Under the pieces are notes generated by a model. It was not told where the DNA came from. It worked only from the letters and a program-made list of their open reading frames with translations, and ran no database searches. The translations under genes were made by a program, and so were the position numbers. A stretch of DNA of 61,117 bases, taken from a virus (Duplodnaviria > Caudoviricetes). The stretch lies in the IMG/VR virus record IMGVR_UViG_3300044878_000080, positions 1-61,117 of that record. The stretch is one strand, 5' to 3'. Of the stretch, positions 54,987 to 61,117 are shown one piece after another (position 1 is the first letter of the stretch; each line of letters opens with the position of its first letter).

Positions 54987-56912
54987 CTAGGCGATAATGT
55001 TGTTCGCGCGGAGGGTTGCCAGCAGAGCGTTGAGCTGTGTGGCCGCGCTCGTGGCGTCTGCTGAGACGGTCGCGTTGGAGACTGCGCTGCCCTTGGTAGC
55101 CGTCAGCTTCACGTCAACGTAGGTTTTGATAGCAACGTCGGTGGGCTGTGTGGGGGTTGCGGCTTGGAACGTTCCGGTGCTGTGTCGGCGGACAAGTGAT
55201 GCACCTGTGCTTGAAGCATAGGTGGCGGTGTCAATGAGCGCCTTGTCAGCCATTGGCAACAGACCGTCCAAGGCAGCGGTGGCGTTCGCAATCCGGGCCG
55301 GGGCGATTGTCCCTGTGGTGATGTCGGAGCCGTCCCACACCATATCGTCCACATATTGCTTAGTCGCGGCATGAATGTTGCTGGTGGGGGCTGCCACGCC
55401 GATCTGCCCGGTGGAGGTACGCTTTGCCAAGGTGCTGCCGACGACGTTGGCCGTTGCAGCGTCGAACGTCGTCTTATCCGCTGCGGACATGAACCCCGCC
55501 ACTGAACCCGTCGCGGCTGCGTGCGTGTGGGCGGTATCCGCTTTGGTGGCTACCTGCGTGTCGGTGTAGGTCTTGCTCGCGGGGTGGCCACCGCTGGTCG
55601 GGTCCGGGACGTTGAAGAATCCATTGGAGGCCCGCTGAACAATAGCCGAGGCCACGCCCGAGCTGGAGGTTGCCGCGTCGAGTTTCGCCTTATCGGCGGC
55701 TGACATAAGGCCGTCCAGAACGGCAGTCGCAACCGCCGTCGTGGCCTGTTTCTTGAATGCGGTCCACACGTCGCCGTCCATTTCGGTGCGAACCCACACG
55801 TCAGAATCGACCTTGCCGGTGATGGTCTGCACGGTGCGTGCAGCGCCATAACGAAGCGTTGCGATAGTCGCGTAAGTGGTCGGCCACGTAACATCGTTAG
55901 AGACCGCGAAATAGCTGTAGCCTGTTGGGTAGCCACTCGGAGCGTCAGTGACCAGTTTCGCTGAAATGCCCTGCGCCTTCAGGGTGGCGGTGTCTGCCTT
56001 GAGGTTCAGCGCGGTCTGCGTGGCTGTGGAAACCGGCTTGGATGCGTCAGACGTATTGTCAACGGAACCCAGACCCACATGCGTCTTGGTGAGGCCGGTG
56101 GGAGTACCAGTAAATGCCGGTGATGCCAGCGGAGCCTTTAGATCAAGGGCGGTCTGAGTGGCAGTGCTGATCGGCTTCGCTGCGTCAGCAGTATTATCCA
56201 CGTTGCCCAGCCCCACGAGGCTCTTGTCAGGACTCACCCATTCAGTTGTGGTGTTTCCCGCGTTCTTCCGAATCAACTGAAGCGCGGCACCACCGGCAGG
56301 CACACCGGCTCCGGTGAGGCCCGTGTCGCCACGGGGGATCGTCAGGCCGAGAACCTGCGTGGGGCTTGCGCCCGTAAGCGTGGCAGAAGCCGAGCTGCCG
56401 GGGGCACCTGTGGTGACCGTGCCAACCGTAAGAATGTTGGAAGGCCCTTGTACGGTGATGGTACCCGGCGCGGTGGACACCGGCATGGCGTCTACAAGGT
56501 CAGTCGTGACACCTTCCGGCACAGACATGGAGAACGACGGAACGATTACCGTGAACCCTGTGGCCACGTCCACGAGATTGAACGTCACCTTCCAAGTGAA
56601 GCCCGTAGGGTTGAACAGTGCGGAGTTGGTAGCCGGAATCTCAATGCCGACGTTCGTCTGCCCCACAGGCACAAGGCGTCCCTGAGAGTCAAATTCAGCG
56701 TCGAACCTCATGGGGACAATGACGGCCTTCTTCGTCGGCATCCGAAGCGGTACCGGAATACCGTCGGCGTCTTTGGCCTCGCACGTAAAGGCGACTGTGC
56801 CGCTCACTACGGTGAGGTCAGGATCAGTGTCCGCGTCAATGTTGTCCTCATTGACAAAGTAGAACTGGGCCGTAACGAGGCCGGTGGGGATTTCTGCTGG
56901 TAGTACAGCCAC
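54987..56912 (-). CDS. Fibre-like virion protein located in the head module
   Basis: LGNVDNTxDxxKPxSTATQTAL x2, MSAADK repeats, KTYVD/KQYVD repeats. Confidence 0.7.
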   Translation of the reverse strand: MAVLPAEIPTGLVTAQFYFVNEDNIDADTDPDLTVVSGTVAFTCEAKDADGIPVPLRMPTKKAVIVPMRFDAEFDSQGRLVPVGQTNVGIEIPATNSALFNPTGFTWKVTFNLVDVATGFTVIVPSFSMSVPEGVTTDLVDAMPVSTAPGTITVQGPSNILTVGTVTTGAPGSSASATLTGASPTQVLGLTIPRGDTGLTGAGVPAGGAALQLIRKNAGNTTTEWVSPDKSLVGLGNVDNTADAAKPISTATQTALDLKAPLASPAFTGTPTGLTKTHVGLGSVDNTSDASKPVSTATQTALNLKADTATLKAQGISAKLVTDAPSGYPTGYSYFAVSNDVTWPTTYATIATLRYGAARTVQTITGKVDSDVWVRTEMDGDVWTAFKKQATTAVATAVLDGLMSAADKAKLDAATSSSGVASAIVQRASNGFFNVPDPTSGGHPASKTYTDTQVATKADTAHTHAAATGSVAGFMSAADKTTFDAATANVVGSTLAKRTSTGQIGVAAPTSNIHAATKQYVDDMVWDGSDITTGTIAPARIANATAALDGLLPMADKALIDTATYASSTGASLVRRHSTGTFQAATPTQPTDVAIKTYVDVKLTATKGSAVSNATVSADATSAATQLNALLATLRANNIIA

Positions 56913-58529
56913 TTAGCCGTTCCTTCCTTGTGAATACTTATGCTGGCCTACGGCCTTGCGGTTACTGTTGTCCCCGTAACTGGGGCTGTTGGACTGTGCC
57001 TTCTTAGCCTTGCCGTTGCCTGACCCCGGCTGGTTGCCTGCCCCGTTGGGCTTGCTCACCCCAGCGCCGGGAGCTACCGGGGCTGGGGGATTCTGTGCGG
57101 TCTTCAGCGCTGCCTTGCCCATTTCCGTGTTACTGGCCCAAGCCAGCCCCAGTTCCTCTTCAGTCGGCAGGGCCTTGTCATTCTCGATTTCCAGAGCGAC
57201 AACAACCAGCTCGCGCAATTCCTCAGCGTGGAGCACATTGAGTGGGAGGGCTGAGGTAATTGCCTGCATCTGACGCAGAATGTCGCCAGCGTCGATCTTG
57301 CCCCAGATGGACTTGACGTTGGGCTTTCCAACGTAATCGAACAGGCGCTCAAAGAAGCCTCCCCAGAGCTGCTGGCGGGCCTTCATAGCCTTCAGCGTCG
57401 GGGTCTCAAGGGTCTCAGCCGCCGAGCGGTTGCTAGAGCCGCCGTCAGCCGTCAGTGACGTGAGAGGAATCTCAAGGCCAGCAGCCACCATAGCTGCCAG
57501 AGGCAGGCCAGCGGAGAAGTCCACTGAGCCGCCCGTGCGCCCGATGGTGGAGAGCGAGGTACCCATGCCCATGACGGCTGTGCCACCGACGCCCTGTACC
57601 TCACCAGTGAACGGATCGCGGGTAGGCTGCTGGGCTACCTTCGTGGCAGCGCCCTGTACACCGGCCTTGGTCTGTGCTGTAACCTTGAACGCAAAGCGGG
57701 AGTACGCCTTGACAAGGGTGGCCGAATTCTCAAGGAATTCCTTGTACGCCTTCGTCCAGAAGATGACGCTCATGAGGTCAGGCGCGCCCCACTTCCAGCC
57801 AACCTGCTTGTTGGCAGTGTTGTGGAGGATAGCGGAGTTCCAGACGACGGGCTTGCCCTGAATGTTGAACGGTTTGCCGTTGGTCACGTCGTAGTCCGTG
57901 GCGGGGAACCACGCGGTCCTCACACTGGCGGACTTCTCCCCGGTGCTGTAGCTCTCGGACTCCACAGTCCACGAGCGGCGGTAGAACCACACGTCTTCAC
58001 GGTTCTGGGGATCACTGATCGTGGCGGTAATCTCAGCCATAGGGATACGGGTCATTTTTGGGACACCCGTGCTAAGTACCGAGCGGCGGGCCTTGCCCTT
58101 GGAAATGAGCACAAAGAGGTTGCCGTCAGTGGCCATGACAGCCTCAAGCTCAGCGAACGCCTGTGGGCTGAAGATGAACTTTTTGTTGGTCCGGTCGGTC
58201 AGGATCGGGTCATCCTCAGCGATACCCTCAAACTTGACACCGGCACCCCAGATGTAGGTGGTACGGACTGCCACGCCACGCTTGATAAGGGGATTTACAG
58301 CGACCAAGCCCCTTGTCGTTTGAGCAATGGTCTTCATCGTCTCAAGGCGGATTTCGGTAGCGTCTTCGTCACCGCCAAGTGGCTTCCAGCCAACGTCATC
58401 CAGAGCCAGCATTGCGTCGGTGAAGGACTCCTGAAGAACCTCCATCGAGTTTTGCAGAGCCGTGTTCTGCTCCTGAAGGTTAGCCAGCGCAGCGCTGTGC
58501 TTTACCTCTGCCAACGTCATGACTGTCAC
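56913..58529 (-). CDS. Portal protein
   Basis: 538 aa after terL; NPLIKRGV, DGNLF. Confidence 0.85.
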   Translation of the reverse strand: MTVMTLAEVKHSAALANLQEQNTALQNSMEVLQESFTDAMLALDDVGWKPLGGDEDATEIRLETMKTIAQTTRGLVAVNPLIKRGVAVRTTYIWGAGVKFEGIAEDDPILTDRTNKKFIFSPQAFAELEAVMATDGNLFVLISKGKARRSVLSTGVPKMTRIPMAEITATISDPQNREDVWFYRRSWTVESESYSTGEKSASVRTAWFPATDYDVTNGKPFNIQGKPVVWNSAILHNTANKQVGWKWGAPDLMSVIFWTKAYKEFLENSATLVKAYSRFAFKVTAQTKAGVQGAATKVAQQPTRDPFTGEVQGVGGTAVMGMGTSLSTIGRTGGSVDFSAGLPLAAMVAAGLEIPLTSLTADGGSSNRSAAETLETPTLKAMKARQQLWGGFFERLFDYVGKPNVKSIWGKIDAGDILRQMQAITSALPLNVLHAEELRELVVVALEIENDKALPTEEELGLAWASNTEMGKAALKTAQNPPAPVAPGAGVSKPNGAGNQPGSGNGKAKKAQSNSPSYGDNSNRKAVGQHKYSQGRNG

Positions 58530-58696
58530 TGGTGCTCCTTATACGGTAAAATACGTCTGAAGTCAAGTCTACAGTAGACACGAAAAAGCCCCGCACCCTG
58601 TAGAGACCATCGCTGGCTTGGAGTGCGGGGCTTTATCTATGAGGGCTACCAGACTCCCACATTCGACTACTATCTGTCAGGTATGGAACCACTGTA

Positions 58697-60214
58697 TCAC
58701 AAGGGGCTAATCTGCATCTCCCATTCGGCCAGAATGTCTTCCAGCCCCATGCTGTACTCTTCACCCGGCTTGAGCTTGGCTTCCTCTGTGCTGGGATCGT
58801 AGCCCAGATCGGCACAGGCGTAGCAGGCCGCGTCCGCGAAGTCAGGGGACTTGCCAGTCTGCTTGCGGATTTCAGCCTTGTCCATGATCTGCAAGCCGCC
58901 GCGCTTGCTGAAGAAGTATTCCAGCGAGCCGAGTTCTTCTTCCAAGTCCTTGTCAGCCGAGTCCTCAAGGGACAGGTCAAGCTGGCCGGTGTACATCTTC
59001 TCGCGCATCGTGTCGTACCAGTACGCGCGAGCGTTCACCCACTTGTCAATGTCCGGGCTGGAAGCGTTACCGATCATGCCAACCACGTCATAGCGGTTGT
59101 CGCTCATGTGAGCTACCATGTCGATCACGGGACCACCCAGACCAACACCGTCAATACGGATTTCCTTGCAGCCCAGTTCCCACGCAAGGTCACGGATGAT
59201 ACGTGCGGACTCAACCGAGTCCGTCTTGGACCACTTCTTCACGAACCGGAGCTGGCCCTGATGGTACATGTACGCTACCGAGAAGTCTTCACCGAACCGG
59301 GCAACGTCCACGCCAAGACGCGGGGGGTCTTCAGTAACCAGTTCAAGCTCTGTGGTGTGACCACGGTTCAAGGTCTCCATCGTGAACAGGGTGTTGCCAG
59401 CGTCCGTGGTGAACTCGCCAAGAATCTTGGACTTATACCGGGGGGAGTCCTCACCCCACGAGAACTTCTTTTCCTCCACCCACGCCACGGACACAAGGCC
59501 CTGCTTGGCAATCTCAGGCATGTCCTCCCCCGTGAAGTTCGGGGTGTCAAACGCGCTGATTGTGATCTTGTGCCACGACGGGTCATTCTTCAGGAAGATA
59601 CGCCCGAACTCAGACTGTGGAATGTCAGGGTTGGCAATGGCAAGGATGCGGTCAAGGCTACCCGTGGTAATGGCTTCAACACCTGTGAAGATCGTCTCAT
59701 TGACGCCACAAGCCTCATCTATCACAGCCAGCACACCACCGGAGCTATGTACCCCTTGGAAGCCTTGGCTGTTAGTATCGGCGGGTTTTCTACCCCACGC
59801 CAGAACCTCGCCCTTTGCATCCTTCCACTCATCCGTTTGAGTGACGTTACCCATGAGAGGGGTTTTGCCGTCGCCCTTGGCGTGGTGCTGCCTGATGTAA
59901 CGCCAGAGGATTTTATTCACCTGTTCATAGGTAGGCGCTGTAGACACCACCACCGACTCAGAGCCGTACCGCGTGTCTACCCACCATGCCACGAGAATAG
60001 ACGCAAAATACGATTTCCCGGAACCGTGACAAGACTTCACGGCAACTTTCTTATGTGTGATGATCGCGCGAGCAATTTGAATTTGCTTGCTCCAAAGCGT
60101 CAGCCCGAGGCGCTCTTTAGCCCAAAGTGCTATGTCATGCTTATACATCTCTTGCTTTTCCATGACAAGAGCATTTGTTCTAGCCTGCTCTAGTACAGCT
60201 TTACTTAGCTTCAA
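58697..60214 (-). CDS. terL: Terminase large subunit
   Basis: Walker A SCHGSGKS, Walker B VIDEA, GVDVARFGED, SPDFADA. Confidence 0.95.
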   Translation of the reverse strand: MKLSKAVLEQARTNALVMEKQEMYKHDIALWAKERLGLTLWSKQIQIARAIITHKKVAVKSCHGSGKSYFASILVAWWVDTRYGSESVVVSTAPTYEQVNKILWRYIRQHHAKGDGKTPLMGNVTQTDEWKDAKGEVLAWGRKPADTNSQGFQGVHSSGGVLAVIDEACGVNETIFTGVEAITTGSLDRILAIANPDIPQSEFGRIFLKNDPSWHKITISAFDTPNFTGEDMPEIAKQGLVSVAWVEEKKFSWGEDSPRYKSKILGEFTTDAGNTLFTMETLNRGHTTELELVTEDPPRLGVDVARFGEDFSVAYMYHQGQLRFVKKWSKTDSVESARIIRDLAWELGCKEIRIDGVGLGGPVIDMVAHMSDNRYDVVGMIGNASSPDIDKWVNARAYWYDTMREKMYTGQLDLSLEDSADKDLEEELGSLEYFFSKRGGLQIMDKAEIRKQTGKSPDFADAACYACADLGYDPSTEEAKLKPGEEYSMGLEDILAEWEMQISPL

Positions 60215-60701
60215 TGTCTACGGCTTTCTTACGTGCTCTGTCCTTACGCGCCCATTCGGCCCGGTAAGCTCTTCTTTCATCGCTGTTCAAACGCTTCTGC
60301 TTGTCTCTGGCACAGGCACGGCAGTACCGCTGCACCACGCCTTGCAGAGTGTTCTCTGGGGTGAACTCGTGGCCGTTCTTGCAGTGCGTCTTCTCACTGT
60401 GGAACCGAGCTTGCGTGTAGCCGCGCATGAGGTTTTCCTTGTGCGTCACTGGCTCAAGGTGGTCAGGGTTCACACAGTTACGAATCCTGCACAAGTGGTC
60501 TAGCACGAGTCCTTCTGGGACATGGCCAACCAACTGCTCATAGGCCAGCCTGTGTGCCCTGTGTGACTTACCTTGAAACCAAGTTGACCCATAACCCTCC
60601 GGGTCCAACCAACCTGTGAAGTTCCAGCAGAAGCCCGTAGGCTCCACTTTGGCCCAAAGAGCTTGGTCTATCGTAAACGCTTGTCTTCCCATAGATTCCA
60701 T
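60201..60701 (-). CDS. HNH endonuclease with C-terminal CxxGH Zn domain
   Basis: AHRLAY, DHLCRIRNCVNPDHL..VT..EN, HCKNGH. Confidence 0.9.
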   Translation of the reverse strand: MESMGRQAFTIDQALWAKVEPTGFCWNFTGWLDPEGYGSTWFQGKSHRAHRLAYEQLVGHVPEGLVLDHLCRIRNCVNPDHLEPVTHKENLMRGYTQARFHSEKTHCKNGHEFTPENTLQGVVQRYCRACARDKQKRLNSDERRAYRAEWARKDRARKKAVDIEAK

Positions 60702-60715
60702 GATACTACATGGGC

Positions 60716-60958
60716 TTATCCAGCTTCATTCGTCAACCGCCAGATTTCCTCATCGAAAGCTGCCTGATCTTCCGAGCACAGCCACATGAGCTTTAGCAGT
60801 TCGGTCATGAGCCACGAGTTGTGCTTGCGCATGTAGCAGTATTCCCGCACCACTGCCCAGTCAGGTTGCTCAGCGGACTCGAAAACGTAGTCCAACAGGC
60901 CGATCAGTTCTTGGGCCTTCCAGCGGGCTTGCAGGTCTTCGATAGTCTTAGTCTTCAA
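60716..60958 (-). CDS. Hypothetical protein
   Basis: TTG start overlapping the putative terS stop. Confidence 0.6.
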   Translation of the reverse strand: MKTKTIEDLQARWKAQELIGLLDYVFESAEQPDWAVVREYCYMRKHNSWLMTELLKLMWLCSEDQAAFDEEIWRLTNEAG

Positions 60959-61117
60959 TTTCTGCCTCAATCGCTTTCAGGGCCTTGGGGATAACCTTCT
61001 CGCCCATGTCGGTCAGGATGGTCTCTCGCGCTACCTTGCCCACCTTGTGCTTGTTGAAAGCAGTCTCAAGGGAGTCCATGAGCGTCTGGTGCGTGGCGGT
61101 GATGATGCCAATGACCT
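60948..61117 (-). CDS. Putative terminase small subunit, 3' part (joins 1-476)
   Basis: Same frame across the overlap; ...KALKAIEAEIED*. Confidence 0.6.
   Translation of the reverse strand, partial: VIGIITATHQTLMDSLETAFNKHKVGKVARETILTDMGEKVIPKALKAIEAEIED

Noticed and set aside
60991-61117. 127-bp terminal direct repeat as a biological terminal repeat
   Set aside because: It falls inside a continuous ORF and equals a common assembler k-mer; it is most likely a circularisation overlap
1-61117. Integrase/repressor, reverse transcriptase/DGR, purZ or 7-deazaguanine pathway
   Set aside because: No recombinase, RT, PurZ, DpdA or Que motifs recognised in any ORF

Overview
The window is a complete, circularised genome (about 60,990 bp plus a 127-bp assembly overlap) of a virulent long-tailed siphovirus. 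The WhiB gene, leaderless promoters and M23 endolysin point to an actinobacterial host, probably Micrococcaceae/Arthrobacter-like (inference). The minus strand carries packaging, head, tail and lysis genes (60.9 to 35.2 kb), two tRNAs and early/accessory genes (10.3 to 0.9 kb). The plus strand (11.4-33.6 kb) carries replication, recombination and RNA-repair genes: SF2 helicase, RNA ligase, PNK/phosphatase, MazG, WhiB, Cas4-like nuclease, Sak4-like ATPase, SSB, primase-helicase, PolA, C5 methylase and RuvC-like resolvase. I saw no integrase or repressor. The most unusual signal is non-coding. A lower-GC island of small unknown genes (7.2-10.3 kb) is bracketed by two ~1-kb gene-free blocks. These contain a 21-bp-phased array of perfect DnaA boxes and sites resembling several host regulators (perfect CRP/GlxR; ArgR-, IdeR/DtxR-, Zur- and GlnR/MtrA-like). 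They also share a 29-bp AT-rich element and a palindrome family with a third gene-free block at 34.9-35.1 kb. Other highlights: a stand-alone DGQHR/DndB-family gene, an unlisted +10 Arg/Trp peptide coupled to the holin, a pseudoknot plus aberrant tRNA-like RNA after ssb, and His at the PolA 762-equivalent position. All calls are from reading motifs by eye; no searches were run.
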